Assembly (NCBI GenBank): GCA_963719515.1
Contig: CAVRCJ010000006.1
Span: forward strand, 192,001-256,000
Source of the DNA: an uncultured cyanobacterium
Lineage (GTDB): Bacteria > Cyanobacteriota > Cyanobacteriia > CAKZMO01
DNA: 64,000 nt
Direction of reading: 5' to 3'
Position 1 is the first letter of the stretch; every line of letters begins with the position of its first letter. Below are positions 37,533 to 50,278 of the stretch, one piece after another. A model generated the notes under the pieces. It was not told the DNA's origin, searched no databases, and was given only the letters and a program-made list of their open reading frames with translations. The position numbers and the translations under genes are program-made.

Positions 37533-38228
37533 GTGCCCAATCCCACTAGCGACTCTCCGCCCTACGCCCTCGCCCTGCACACCACTACCCCAGAGCTCGG
37601 GATAGCCCTAGCGCCCCTCAGCGCCATCTCAGCCCCTCAGTCAACGCAAGATAAAACGCAGGTGTGGAACCTAGGCCACGCCCTCTCAACGCAGCTTCAC
37701 GTCAAGCTGCAGGCCTTTATCCAACCCCTGAGCTGGTCTGACATTTCTCTCATTGCCGTTGCGCGAGGACCAGGAGGATTTACGGGAACCCGCGTCGGTA
37801 TTGTGGCTGCTCGTACCCTGGCCCAGCAGCTCGATCTACCGCTGTTTGCCGTATCGTCCCTAGAGGCAGCGGCCTGGCAGGCGATTCTAGAGCACCCTGA
37901 TGCAGAAGCGAGCCCAACACCAGCGGGCGATATCGCGGTGGAGATGCCTGCTCGCCGGGGCCAGGTCTTTGCGGCGGTCTATAGCGTGCAGCGCGACGCC
38001 AGCGATCGCCTCATCGGCCTTGTGCCCAAACTGCCAGATACGGTGATGGACCGGACCGTGTGGGAAGAGATGCGGCAGCAGTGTGTCCCTTGCCAGCAGT
38101 TTGCGGCTGAGGGAGGCTTAGGCTCAACGGTGAACGCCGTTTTACAGATCGCCCTCGCCCAGTGGCACCGAGGCGATCGCCCCCATTGGTCAGAGGCTCT
38201 GCCGTTCTATGGTCAAAGCCCGGTGTAG
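37533..38228 (+). CDS. tsaB: tRNA t6A biosynthesis protein TsaB
   Basis: ALALHTTT, AVARGPGGFTGTRVG, ARTLAQQL, LPFYGQSPV; GTG 37533 is the likely start. Confidence 0.9.
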   Translation: MPNPTSDSPPYALALHTTTPELGIALAPLSAISAPQSTQDKTQVWNLGHALSTQLHVKLQAFIQPLSWSDISLIAVARGPGGFTGTRVGIVAARTLAQQLDLPLFAVSSLEAAAWQAILEHPDAEASPTPAGDIAVEMPARRGQVFAAVYSVQRDASDRLIGLVPKLPDTVMDRTVWEEMRQQCVPCQQFAAEGGLGSTVNAVLQIALAQWHRGDRPHWSEALPFYGQSPV

Positions 38229-38267
38229 GGTTAGGGCAGTCCCAACCGCATGGACAGGGCACTGCCC

Positions 38268-39404
38268 TCAATTCTTCAGGTCTCGGGGGTCCAGCGCGTC
38301 CCGCAGGCCATCCCCCAGTAGGTTGAACGCCAGCACCGTAATCACGATTAAAAAAGCCGGGGACCACACCAGCCAGGGATAGAGCACCAGCACCGACGCG
38401 CTCGTGGCCAGGGAAAGCATATTGCCCCAGGAGGGGTCGGGCTGTTGAATACCCAAGCCGATGAGGCTGAGGACCGCCTCGGCAACGATAAACCCGGGAA
38501 CCGCCAGGGTAGAAGCAATAATTACGTAGGTGGCCGTCTGGGGCAACACGTGCCGCACAATGGTGTAGAGCGATCGCCCCCCCATCGCCTGGGTAGCGCG
38601 GATGAAGGCCCGCTGCTTAATAGAGAGTACCTGCCCCCGAATAACGCGGGCTAGCCCAGCCCAGCTCACGAAAGACGTAATCAATACAATCAGCAAAAAC
38701 CGCTGCGAGCTGCTCAACCCCGCCGGTAAAATTCCCGCTAGGGCAATCAGCAAATAGATGGTGGGAATCGTCATCAGCACCTCCACCACCCGCATTAGCA
38801 CGGCATCCACCGCGCCGCCGAAGTAGCCAGAGATGCCGCCCACCAGCATTCCTAGAGGGAAGGAGATTGCAATGCCCACTAGCCCAATGCTGAGGCTGAT
38901 ACGGCTGCCGTAGACGAGGCGGCTGAACTGATCGCGGGCCTGCTCGTCTGTTCCTAGTAGGTTGATCCGAGCGGGCCCCACTGCGCCGAATAGATGTCGA
39001 TCTCCTGGGATTCCCGGCAGCAGCTCCACGTCTTCAAAGGCGGGCTCCGCTAGGGAAAACTGCGTCGGCAGCGGCAGCTTGAGCTGGAAGTAGCGGTACT
39101 CCGTCCCTTTGGTCAACAGTCGTAGGGGAGCGGGCTGGCTGTAGTCGACCTGCAGCTCTCTTTCTCCAGTCTCTAGATCCACCGCCCCCAAGGTTGTGGG
39201 GTAGACGTGAGGACCGATAAACTGTCCCTCGGGCGATCGCCAATAAATTTGCGTAGGGGGCAAGAATGAGCCGGTGGCCTGGGTGCTATAGGCATCGTAG
39301 GGGGCCACAAATTCAGCGGTCAGGGCGATCGCATAGAGCGTCGCCAGGACAATGACGCCGAGGCGAGCTAAGGAATTATCTTTGAGCTTTTGCCACCAGT
39401 CCAT
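38268..39404 (-). CDS. Peptide ABC transporter permease (OppC/DppC-like)
   Basis: LLGTDEQARDQFSRLVYGSRISL, QQPDPSWGNML, NLLGDGLRDALDP. Confidence 0.92.
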   Translation of the reverse strand: MDWWQKLKDNSLARLGVIVLATLYAIALTAEFVAPYDAYSTQATGSFLPPTQIYWRSPEGQFIGPHVYPTTLGAVDLETGERELQVDYSQPAPLRLLTKGTEYRYFQLKLPLPTQFSLAEPAFEDVELLPGIPGDRHLFGAVGPARINLLGTDEQARDQFSRLVYGSRISLSIGLVGIAISFPLGMLVGGISGYFGGAVDAVLMRVVEVLMTIPTIYLLIALAGILPAGLSSSQRFLLIVLITSFVSWAGLARVIRGQVLSIKQRAFIRATQAMGGRSLYTIVRHVLPQTATYVIIASTLAVPGFIVAEAVLSLIGLGIQQPDPSWGNMLSLATSASVLVLYPWLVWSPAFLIVITVLAFNLLGDGLRDALDPRDLKN

Positions 39405-39563
39405 ATTGTGCAGTTAAGAGAGGGTGTGAAAAGGTCGATGTTGATGAGAGGTGTAAATTCGCTGCATCGGATAGGCCCGTAGAGACATAGCGGTGCCAAT
39501 GTCTCTACCTGGTATTCAGTCTAGTTTGCCACGTAGCCCCCCGCTGCAGATTTAGATGTACCT

Positions 39564-39619
39564 TGAGTACGAATGAGTACGGATTTAATGAGTACGGATT
39601 TAATAAGTGCGGATTCAAT
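39564..39619. repeat. 15-bp tandem repeat (3 copies plus a partial)
   Basis: AATGAGTACGGATTT twice, then AATAAGTGCGGATTC. Confidence 0.75.
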
Positions 39620-39636
39620 CACAGAGGTGACGCGCT

Positions 39637-40440
39637 ATGGCTGGACGCTTGAGGAAAGTTAGTCGCTATGCTCGGGTATTGCAGCTGTTTTGGGGTGCGG
39701 CGATCGCCGCAGAGCTGGAGTATCGACTCAATTTTGTCATCGCCAGTCTGACGAGCTTAGGGGGTCTGGTGGGGAGCCTATTTGGGCTCTTCCTGTTCTA
39801 CCGCACTGACTATACCTTTAGCGGCTGGTCCTGGACCGAGGCGCTGATCGTACTGGGGCTGTTTACCCTACTGCAGGGGTTTGCCGCCACCTTTTTGTCC
39901 CCAAACCTCAGCCGCATCGTCCGCCATGTGCAGCAGGGCACGCTGGACTTTGTGCTGCTCAAGCCCATCAGCTCTCAGTTTTGGCTTTCGACTCGGACTA
40001 TTTCCCCCTGGGGCCTGCCGGATATTGCCTTTGGACTGCTGATTATTGGCTATGCGGGCACCCAGCTCGGGCTAGCCCCAAGAAACTATCTCCTGGGTCT
40101 GCTGCCGCTGCTCGCCGGTTTTCTCAGCCTCTATAGCCTGTGGTTTATTCTAGGCGCAACCAGCATCTGGTTCGTCAAGGTCTACAACGTTACCGAGGTG
40201 CTGCGGGGGCTGCTGGAGGCGGGGCGCTATCCCATCGTGGCCTACCCTGCCGCCTACCGGGCGTTTTTTACCTTTGTGGTGCCCGTGGCGTTTTTGACCA
40301 CCATCCCGGCTCAGTTTCTTCTGGGCCGCGCTGAGGGCTACTGGCTGGCGATCGCCGCTGGCCTCTCCGTAGGGCTGTTTCTTCTGTCCCAGGCATTTTG
40401 GCGCTTCGCGCTGCGGTTCTACACCAGCGCTTCTAGCTAG
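39637..40440 (+). CDS. ABC-2 type permease (DUF990 family)
   Basis: ELEYRLNF, GTLDFVLLKPISSQF, GRYPIVAYP, YTSASS end. Confidence 0.88.
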   Translation: MAGRLRKVSRYARVLQLFWGAAIAAELEYRLNFVIASLTSLGGLVGSLFGLFLFYRTDYTFSGWSWTEALIVLGLFTLLQGFAATFLSPNLSRIVRHVQQGTLDFVLLKPISSQFWLSTRTISPWGLPDIAFGLLIIGYAGTQLGLAPRNYLLGLLPLLAGFLSLYSLWFILGATSIWFVKVYNVTEVLRGLLEAGRYPIVAYPAAYRAFFTFVVPVAFLTTIPAQFLLGRAEGYWLAIAAGLSVGLFLLSQAFWRFALRFYTSASS

Positions 40441-40734
40441 GCGAATGCCTGGGGTATGAGAACCGCAGCCATTAAGGTCAAAATGCTAAACTGATGACTA
40501 ATGGTGCCGTTATCTGTGCTTGTGTCAAGGCGTGCTCGTGCTAAGACGTTCGCCAAAAGCTTTAGCCCCTAAGAAGTTAATCTGAGAAGATCGAATCCGA
40601 TTAGCAGCCCAGCCCTTGGGCGCATTTGTCCGGCGTAAAGCTACAGAGCCGTCTAATCTAAGTTAATATTAATTAACAATATTCACACAAACGGTTAACG
40701 TTACCTTGAAACGGAATTAGGAGGACAGCTCCCA

Positions 40735-42573
<1,839 letters not shown>

Positions 42574-42582
42574 CCTAAGGGC

Positions 42583-42608
42583 GGCTGGTTCAACCGGTTG
42601 AACCAGCC
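42583..42608. terminator. Perfect 26-bp palindrome or hairpin after ftsH
   Basis: GGCTGGTTCAACCGGTTGAACCAGCC; no U-tract. Confidence 0.5.
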
Positions 42609-42694
42609 CGACGCATCGGTCTAGTACAATAGCGCTACATTCGGGAGCTGTTACGGCGGCTCCCGTTTTACTTGCTTGACGTCGGTTATTTTTG

Positions 42695-43348
42695 ATGGCT
42701 ATGGACCTCACTGCCATCCGCGAAACCTGGCTGCTGCAGCTCAGGCGGCACCGAGCGATCGCGGTAATTCGCGCTGCCACCCCTGACCTGGGCTATGCCA
42801 TGGCGATCGCCGTGGCGGCAGGGGGGATGCGTCTCATTGAGGTGGCTTGGACCACCCCCCAGGCCGCCCGCCTCATCGCCCAGCTGCGCGCTGAGCTACC
42901 CCACTGCCAAATCGGCGTGGGAACGATTTTGTCTATCGAAGCGCTGCGCCAGGCCGTCGACGCCGGGGCCCAGTTCGTTTTTAGCCCTCACACAAACGTC
43001 TCGCTGATGCAGGCGGCGCGACAGCGACCCGTTATTCCTGGGGCGCTGTCGCCTAGCGAAGTTGTTGCCGCCTGGAATGCGGGAGCGGCGAGCGTTAAGG
43101 TTTTTCCGGTTACCGCCGTAGGAGGAGTCGCCTACATCCGCGCCCTGCAGGGACCTTTGGGACATATTCCCCTGGTGCCTACTGGCGGTATTGCCCTAGC
43201 CGCAGCTCCCTTCTATCTAGAAGCAGGGGCGATCGCCGTCGGTCTTTCAACGGCGCTGTTCCCAAAGTCGGCGCTGCGGACTGGCGCTTGGGAGGAAATC
43301 ACGCAGCAGGCTCAAGCGCTCACGGACAAAATTGCGGCGTTGGGTTAG
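42695..43348 (+). CDS. eda: KDPG/KHG aldolase
   Basis: AIAVIRA, IEV, GVGTIL, PGALSPSEV, VKVFP, VPTGGI. Confidence 0.9.
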   Translation: MAMDLTAIRETWLLQLRRHRAIAVIRAATPDLGYAMAIAVAAGGMRLIEVAWTTPQAARLIAQLRAELPHCQIGVGTILSIEALRQAVDAGAQFVFSPHTNVSLMQAARQRPVIPGALSPSEVVAAWNAGAASVKVFPVTAVGGVAYIRALQGPLGHIPLVPTGGIALAAAPFYLEAGAIAVGLSTALFPKSALRTGAWEEITQQAQALTDKIAALG

Positions 43349-43378
43349 CTTAAAATGTATTAAGTAAGGTTAAGCCGT

Positions 43379-44635
43379 GTGGCCTCTGCCACATCTCTCA
43401 CTGTGCTCGTTTCTCCAACCCCATCCAATCTATCTAGCTCTACGCGACACACCGACGTTGCCATTGTCGGCGGCGGCATCGTTGGCATGACCCTTGCCGC
43501 TGCCCTCAGCCGCAGCGGGCTGCATATTACCCTCATTGACGCGAGCACCCGCGAGGCCGGTTTGCAGCGGGAGCGGGCCTACGCCATCACGCTGCTAACG
43601 GGACAAATCTTTGAGGGTTTGGGACTCTGGCGGTCAATTTTGCCGGACATCACCACTTTCGACACGATTCGGCTAGCAGACGCTGACTGCCCGGCGGTGA
43701 TCAACCTGCGCCCTCAGGATTTAGGAACTCCGGCGCTGGGCTACGTCGGTGAGCATCGCGTTTTGGTCCGCGAGCTGCAGCGGTATCTTGACGGGGCGAC
43801 AAACGTTTCTTGGCTCTGTCCCGCTCGGGTTGCGTCGGTCGCCTATGATGAGCGCTCGACGCTGCTGAGGGTTGAAAAGGGCAGCGAGACGTATCCGATC
43901 CAGGCACAGCTCGTGGTGGCCGCCGACGGGTCGCGATCGCAGCTGCGTCAGCAGGCAGGTATCAAAACTTTGGGCTGGAAATACTGGCAGTCCTGCGTCA
44001 CCGCCGTAATTCGCCCCGAAAAGTCTCACGGTAATGTGGCCCGAGAGCACTTTTGGCCCAGCGGCCCTTTCGCCACGCTGCCCCTGCCGGACAACCGCTG
44101 TCAAATTGTGCTGACGGCTCCCCATGCCGAGGCGGAGCGTCTGATGGAAATGAGCGAGCGAGAATTTTTGGCGGTGCTCAGCCTCCGCTATGGCGGGGCG
44201 CTAGGTCAAATCAAGCTGCTGAGCGATCGCCATCTGTTTCCCGTGAAGCTAATGCACAGCCGCCAGTACGCTAAGCCCCGTCTCGCGCTTGTGGGAGATG
44301 CTGCCCACTGTTGCCACCCCGTCGGCGGGCAGGGCCTTAACCTTGGCATCCGCGACGCTGCTGCCCTGGCCCAAACGCTGCTGGCCGCCCACCAAGCCGG
44401 GCAGGACATTGGCGCTCTGCAAACCCTAAAGCGCTACGAGCGGTGGAGACAGGTGGAGAATCTAGCTATTCTTGGCTTCACCGATGTGCTGGACCGCAGC
44501 TTCTCCAATAGCTGGCCGCCCTTAGTACTGGTCAGGCGGCTGGGTCTGCGACTGATGGCGCGGCTGCGGCTAGCTCGGTGGCTGGCGCTCAAGATAATGA
44601 CGGGGTTAGCGGGGCGGCTGCCTCAAGCGCGCTAG
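43379..44635 (+). CDS. UbiH/COQ6-family FAD-dependent hydroxylase
   Basis: DVAIVGGGIVG, VVAADGSRS, LVGDAAHCCHPVGGQGLNLGIRD. Confidence 0.88.
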   Translation: MASATSLTVLVSPTPSNLSSSTRHTDVAIVGGGIVGMTLAAALSRSGLHITLIDASTREAGLQRERAYAITLLTGQIFEGLGLWRSILPDITTFDTIRLADADCPAVINLRPQDLGTPALGYVGEHRVLVRELQRYLDGATNVSWLCPARVASVAYDERSTLLRVEKGSETYPIQAQLVVAADGSRSQLRQQAGIKTLGWKYWQSCVTAVIRPEKSHGNVAREHFWPSGPFATLPLPDNRCQIVLTAPHAEAERLMEMSEREFLAVLSLRYGGALGQIKLLSDRHLFPVKLMHSRQYAKPRLALVGDAAHCCHPVGGQGLNLGIRDAAALAQTLLAAHQAGQDIGALQTLKRYERWRQVENLAILGFTDVLDRSFSNSWPPLVLVRRLGLRLMARLRLARWLALKIMTGLAGRLPQAR

Positions 44636-44664
44636 GCGCGCTTACTGCATGAACTACGGGAGAT

Positions 44665-45621
44665 TTACGCGCGGGACTCGGCGGTAATTTTGTCGAGGAT
44701 GTCTTGTGCGCCCTGGTCCCGGAGCAGCTGCGCGAGTTTGATCCCCAACGCATCGGCTTCGGAGGCCGGACCAGAGACGATGTCCCGTACAATGATCTGC
44801 CCGTCTAGGCTAGCGACCAAACCCGTCACAGTGAGCTGCTCTCCGTCTAGCTGGGTGTTGACGCCAATGGGCACCTGACAGCCCCCCTCTAGCTCCCGCA
44901 GGAAGGCTCGCTCGGCGTAGCAGCGCTGGGCCGTAGGCTGATGCTGCAGCGGCTTGATGATAGCGAGGATATCGGGGTCGTCGGCCCGGCACTCAATGCC
45001 TAGCGCCCCCTGTCCTACCGCATGGAGGGAAATCTCGGGAGGCAGCACCTGATGGACGCGATCGCTCATGTCCATGCGCACGAGCCCTGCCGTTGCCAAG
45101 ATAAGGGCGTCGTACTCGCCGTTGTCTAGCTTGCTCAGGCGCGTGTTGAGGTTGCCCCTGACGTCCTTAAACCTTAGATGAGGGTAGTGGTGACGGAGCT
45201 GCGCGAGACGCCTTAGAGAAGACGTTCCGATGACCGCGCCTTCAGGAAGCGTATCAATCTGCTTATCTTTGTGGTTTTGGTGCACCACCAGCGCATCCGA
45301 CGGGTCTTCCCGCTTGGTCACGCAGCCTAAGGTCAAGCCCTCCGGAAGGCGGGTCGGCAGATCTTTTAGGGAGTGGACAGCGAAGTCCACGTCGCCGTCC
45401 AGCATGCAGGTCTCTAGCTCCTGGGTAAACAGCCCCTTGTCCCCAATCTTGGCCAAGGCCACGTCCAGAATTTTGTCTCCCTGAGTGTTCATGGTGTGCA
45501 CCTCAAACCGACGGTCGGGGAACACCTGCTGCAGGCTATCTCGAACCCAATGCGTTTGAATTAGGGCGAGCTGGCTTTTACGGGAACCGATGCGGATAGA
45601 GCGGGGAGGGCTTGCAACCAT
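44665..45621 (-). CDS. hemC: Hydroxymethylbilane synthase
   Basis: [40 protein letters not shown] 45621 or TTG 45633. Confidence 0.97.
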   Translation of the reverse strand: MVASPPRSIRIGSRKSQLALIQTHWVRDSLQQVFPDRRFEVHTMNTQGDKILDVALAKIGDKGLFTQELETCMLDGDVDFAVHSLKDLPTRLPEGLTLGCVTKREDPSDALVVHQNHKDKQIDTLPEGAVIGTSSLRRLAQLRHHYPHLRFKDVRGNLNTRLSKLDNGEYDALILATAGLVRMDMSDRVHQVLPPEISLHAVGQGALGIECRADDPDILAIIKPLQHQPTAQRCYAERAFLRELEGGCQVPIGVNTQLDGEQLTVTGLVASLDGQIIVRDIVSGPASEADALGIKLAQLLRDQGAQDILDKITAESRA

Positions 45622-46318
45622 AACACTGGGCAAAAGTTAAAGGATGTAACGTATTAAGTTCTATTGAGCATAACGAGCCAGCGTAACAAAGGATCACACC
45701 GGGCGATCGCCCTAAACCTAACGACTGCTAGACAGCTTAGCGCAGTCCCTACCCTCAGTTCTGTTTAGAGATATTACGACCTTTAGGGGAGGGGGCTTGC
45801 AGAGTTGAAAGGTTAGAAGGCGAAGCCGCCAGAACGACCTTAAATGGGGCCGAGTTCGCGCGCCGTAGAGGCCTACTTTCACATCAGGCTTGAGTCAATG
45901 CGCTTAATGCGTGCTTAATACTACAGCAGCTGTGGCTGACTATACTTCACAATAAGGGATATATAGAATAGACAATGCATCTAAACGCAGTCCTGCGCTT
46001 CCGCTTTCGTCAGACTTTGATGTCCGGCGATGTCAGCCTCAAACGCCATCTACCCATCAGCGCTATTATCACTATTCCGCAGCACATCCATCATGGGGTG
46101 TCTCACCGCTATGATAGATTCAGCACCGAAGTAGTAGCCAGACTACTTAAAGATTCGGCGGTGCTGCACATTCAGGGTATCTACTAGGCTCGACACTGCG
46201 CTCATAAGCCCCGTCTCAGCTGGGAGGTGGAGTTTTCCGTTGGCGGAGAACCTCACGTCTCAAAGTGATTTTGGTTTATTGTGTCAATTATCGTCAACCT
46301 GAGACCTAGTTTCTTCCA

Positions 46319-49300
46319 ATGGCGAACTCCTCCAAAGAGACTCCTTCCCTATCCTCCAACAGCTATTGTTCTCCCGCGTCCGATACATCCGAAGTCTGTG
46401 AGCATCCGAAGATGCCTGACTTTTCAGCTCTGATTCGCGATTCCGATGGGCAATTGACGCGGGAGCAGCTTTACCACGAGCTGCTTGAGCTTCGTCAGCG
46501 TGCCGCTTGTTTAGAAAACTCTAACCGGCAGATGCAGGAAGCTCAAGAAAGGCTGCAGGAGTTTAAGGATAGGGTGGACAATGCTTTAATTGGCTTCTTT
46601 CAGCTTTCGGCTGACGGAGACTGTCTCTATGCCAACAACGCACTCGCTCAGATCCTAGGCTATTCCACAGCTGACGACTTCAAGGCCAGCAGCAGCCCGC
46701 AGTCTCTTTTTCAAAATCCACAGGATTATCAGCGCCTCGTGCAGCGCGTTGAGCGTCACGGCATAGCGCAAGAGTTTGAGCATACCGCTCAGCCAAAGGA
46801 CGGACCAGCGATCTGGCTTGTGAGCTACGCTCGTGCCGTTCGTGATCACGAGGGTGGGGCTGCGGCCTATGAGGGGTATTGCATCAACATCACCGCACGT
46901 AAGCATGCCGAGGCCGATGACCATCAGCTTAAACTTACGCTAGAGCAGCAGATAGAAGAGCGCACGGCGGCGCTGCGTGAGTCCAATGATTATCTGATTG
47001 AAGAGATTGCTGAGCGTCAGCGCATTCTGAACGCGCTCAAGAAAAGCGAAACCCAGAAGGAAGAAATACTAGCGGCGATTCCAGACTTGATGACCGTTGT
47101 GGGCCGGGACGGTATCTATCTCGACAAAGTTCATAGCGAGGCGTTTTCAGACTACCTCAACGAGTCAGTTGACGTCGTAGGTCAGCACGTGAGCGACGTA
47201 CTGCCAGAAGACGTCGCCGAGCGTCAGCTTCAGGCCGTTCAGCAGGTGCTGGACACGGGGGTAGGCCAGGTCTTCGAGCAGCAGCTCCAGATTGGCGATC
47301 GCATTCAGTACGAAGAAGTTCGCGTGTTTCCCTGCCAGGACGATACTGCGTTAGTCATCCTGCGGGATATTACGGCCCGCAGAACGTCTCAAGATCAGTT
47401 CCAGGCTATTTTAGAAACGATTCCGGGTATCGTGTCTTGGATTGGGGCGGACCTGCGCTATCGGGGGGTGAACGCGCAGCTGGCCAGCATGTTTGGCTTG
47501 GAGCCCAAAGATTTTGCAAATCAAGATATCGGTTTTCTCCAGGCAAGCTCCGAATTTGCTGAATTTGTTCGAGAGTTTTTCAGACAAGATAGCAGAGAAG
47601 CCTACCGCGAGTTTCCGGCGATCGTTAGCGGTCAGAAACGCACCTATCTCATGGTGGTACAGAAATATAGCGATAACCAAGCGGCCTTCGCCGTTGGCAT
47701 TGACGTCACCGACCGCCGTAACGCTGAAGACGAACTCAAGAGAACTAAGGCCCAGCTTGAGGCTGCGCTCGATGCTGTTCCCGGCATTGTCTCCTGGGTC
47801 AGCGCCGACCTACGCTATCTGGGCGTCAACCGCCACCTAGCCGACTTATTTAATTTGCCTCCCAGCGCCTTTGTGAATCAAGACATTGGATTTCTTCAGA
47901 CGGGGCAAGACTTCAGTGACTTTGTTCAGCAAGTCTTTGACAGCCCAGGCACCTACGATAGCCGAGAAATCGACGCCAACATCAACGGGGCGCTGCATAA
48001 CTTCTTGATCATGGCTCAAAAGTACGATCAGGGGGACTCCCAGGCAGTCTTTACTGTTGGCATTGACATCACGGAGCGCAAGCAGGCTGAACTGGCGCTC
48101 GAGCAGGCGGAAGTCAACTACCGCAGCATCTTCGAGCGGGTTGCCGAGGGGATTTTTCAAACCAATGTGCAGGGTCAGTATCTGAGCGCTAACCCCGCCT
48201 TGGCTAGAATCTATGGCTACAGCTCAGCTGACGAACTGATGAGCGACTTGACGAGCATTCAAAATCAGCTCTACGTCGAGCCCGACCGACGATGCGAATT
48301 TGTCGATGCGCTAGAGCAGCAGGGCGAGATTTTCAAGTTCGAGTCCCAGATTTACCGAAAGGACGGACAGCTGATCTGGATCTCTGAAAATGCGCGCGTC
48401 GTTCGCGATGAGGCGGGCAGGAGTCTGTACTACGAGGGGACGGTTGAAGATATCACGGAGAGGAAGCAGGCGGTTGTAGAGCTAGAGCGAACTAAAGAAG
48501 ATCTCGAGAGCAAGGTTCTAGAGCGAACTCGCACGCTGCAGGATTTGAACCAGCGGCTGTTTGAGGAGATTTCTGAGCGTCAGCGCATCGAAAAAGCGCT
48601 GCGCTCCTCCGAGGCAGAACTGCGGGCCCTATTTGCGGCGATGACAGACTACATCGCGGTCTTTGATGCAGGGGGGCGTTACCGAAAAATTGTGTCCACG
48701 AGGTCCGATCTGCTCTACAGCCCAGATCTTGAGCGCGTGGGTAAAACGGTCTATGACGTGCTGCCCCGCGAGCAGGCGGCGCTGTTCATCATCCATATTC
48801 AGCGGGCGCTCAACACTGGCAGAACGCTCAACCTCGAATACTGCTTGCCGGTTGGTGATGGCTCTGAGGAGGTTTGGTTCACCGCCAGCGTATCTCCCAT
48901 GCCGGATAACTGCGTCATCTGGGTCGCGCGGGATATTACCCAGCAAAAGCGCGCTCAATCAGCGCTGCGACAGGCGGAGGAAAAATATCGCGACATTTTC
49001 GAGCACGCTGCAGAGGGAATTTTTCAGACCACTCCTGACGGCAACTACATCAGCGTCAATCCGGCCTTGGTCCAGATGTACGGCTACAGCTCTGCTGAAG
49101 ATTTAATCAATCAGGTCAACAGTGTCGATCAGCTGTATGTCGATGCTAATCGACGAACCGAATTTATTGATCTCATCGATGTAGAGAACACGATCTCAAA
49201 CTTTGAGGCTACCGTATATCGCAAGGATGGCGATATCATTTGGACGGCGGAAAACGCGCGAGCGGTGCGCGATGAGCAGAGCAATATTCTCTACTATGAG

Positions 49301-50011
49301 GGTACCGTTCAAGACATCACTATCCGCAAACTGGCAGAAATTGCGCTGCTGGAAGAGCGAGCTGAATCAGAGCGACTTCTGCTTAACATTTTGCCTCGCC
49401 CAATCGCCGAAAATCTTAAGCTTAGAAGAGACGATCGGGCGATCGCAGAACGCTTTGAGCAGGCCACTATTTTGTTCGCCGATATTGTTGACTTTACCCC
49501 TATTGCGGCCAGCATTTCTGCCTCTGAAATTGTCGACTTACTCAACAGTATTTTTTCCTGCTTTGATAAGCTAGCCGACGTTCACGGGCTTGAAAAAATC
49601 AAAACGATTGGTGATGCCTACATGGTTGCCGGGGGAATTCCGACCCGTAGCGATGACCACGTCAGCGCGATCGCAGACATGGCCCTCGACATGCAGCGAG
49701 AGATTACCAAGTTTCGTCGCTCTTCCAAATCAAAAGAAGAGGCTGCACCATTTCAGCTCAGAATTGGGATTCACACCGGCCCAGTCGTTGCCGGCGTAAT
49801 CGGCATCCGCAAATTTATTTACGATCTCTGGGGTGACGCGGTCAACATTGCGAGCCGTATGGAGTCCCAGGGCGAACCGAACTCGATTCAGGTCACTGCC
49901 GACGTCTACAGTATCTTGAAGGATCGATATCGGCTGAAAGAGCGCGGCCCAGTTGACGTCAAGGGACGGGGAATTATGAATACCTATTGGCTTCAAGGTC
50001 GCCGCTTCTAA
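46319..50011 (+). CDS. Multi-PAS class III adenylate/guanylate cyclase
   Basis: About seven PAS/PAC segments with coiled-coil linkers; catalytic ILFADIVDFT, EKIKTIGDAYMV, YDLWGDAVNIASRMES. Confidence 0.92.
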   Translation: MANSSKETPSLSSNSYCSPASDTSEVCEHPKMPDFSALIRDSDGQLTREQLYHELLELRQRAACLENSNRQMQEAQERLQEFKDRVDNALIGFFQLSADGDCLYANNALAQILGYSTADDFKASSSPQSLFQNPQDYQRLVQRVERHGIAQEFEHTAQPKDGPAIWLVSYARAVRDHEGGAAAYEGYCINITARKHAEADDHQLKLTLEQQIEERTAALRESNDYLIEEIAERQRILNALKKSETQKEEILAAIPDLMTVVGRDGIYLDKVHSEAFSDYLNESVDVVGQHVSDVLPEDVAERQLQAVQQVLDTGVGQVFEQQLQIGDRIQYEEVRVFPCQDDTALVILRDITARRTSQDQFQAILETIPGIVSWIGADLRYRGVNAQLASMFGLEPKDFANQDIGFLQASSEFAEFVREFFRQDSREAYREFPAIVSGQKRTYLMVVQKYSDNQAAFAVGIDVTDRRNAEDELKRTKAQLEAALDAVPGIVSWVSADLRYLGVNRHLADLFNLPPSAFVNQDIGFLQTGQDFSDFVQQVFDSPGTYDSREIDANINGALHNFLIMAQKYDQGDSQAVFTVGIDITERKQAELALEQAEVNYRSIFERVAEGIFQTNVQGQYLSANPALARIYGYSSADELMSDLTSIQNQLYVEPDRRCEFVDALEQQGEIFKFESQIYRKDGQLIWISENARVVRDEAGRSLYYEGTVEDITERKQAVVELERTKEDLESKVLERTRTLQDLNQRLFEEISERQRIEKALRSSEAELRALFAAMTDYIAVFDAGGRYRKIVSTRSDLLYSPDLERVGKTVYDVLPREQAALFIIHIQRALNTGRTLNLEYCLPVGDGSEEVWFTASVSPMPDNCVIWVARDITQQKRAQSALRQAEEKYRDIFEHAAEGIFQTTPDGNYISVNPALVQMYGYSSAEDLINQVNSVDQLYVDANRRTEFIDLIDVENTISNFEATVYRKDGDIIWTAENARAVRDEQSNILYYEGTVQDITIRKLAEIALLEERAESERLLLNILPRPIAENLKLRRDDRAIAERFEQATILFADIVDFTPIAASISASEIVDLLNSIFSCFDKLADVHGLEKIKTIGDAYMVAGGIPTRSDDHVSAIADMALDMQREITKFRRSSKSKEEAAPFQLRIGIHTGPVVAGVIGIRKFIYDLWGDAVNIASRMESQGEPNSIQVTADVYSILKDRYRLKERGPVDVKGRGIMNTYWLQGRRF

Positions 50012-50278
50012 AGGCATTCGGTTCAGCCGGTGCAGCTCCACAGGTTCAAGTCCTAGGTCAATGCAGCATTGCTTCATCAGGATTTGATGTGGACCCTACT
50101 AATTTCACGGTGTCTCACCCTGATGAAGAAAGGGCGTGGATGTATCTATGGTTATGCCTTGCCTATATAGGCGGAGCAATATCACTGTCTAGGTCTGAAT
50201 AGTCGCTTGCAATAGACGACGTATGACGGACAGCGCGGGGTGCAAGACGACGTAACCTTTAATACTTCTCCCTTGTCT

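Noticed and set aside
50070..50090. Partial match of array 1 spacer 8 (TTCATCAGGATTT) as possible self-targeting
   Set aside because: Only about 13 nt match, which is compatible with chance.
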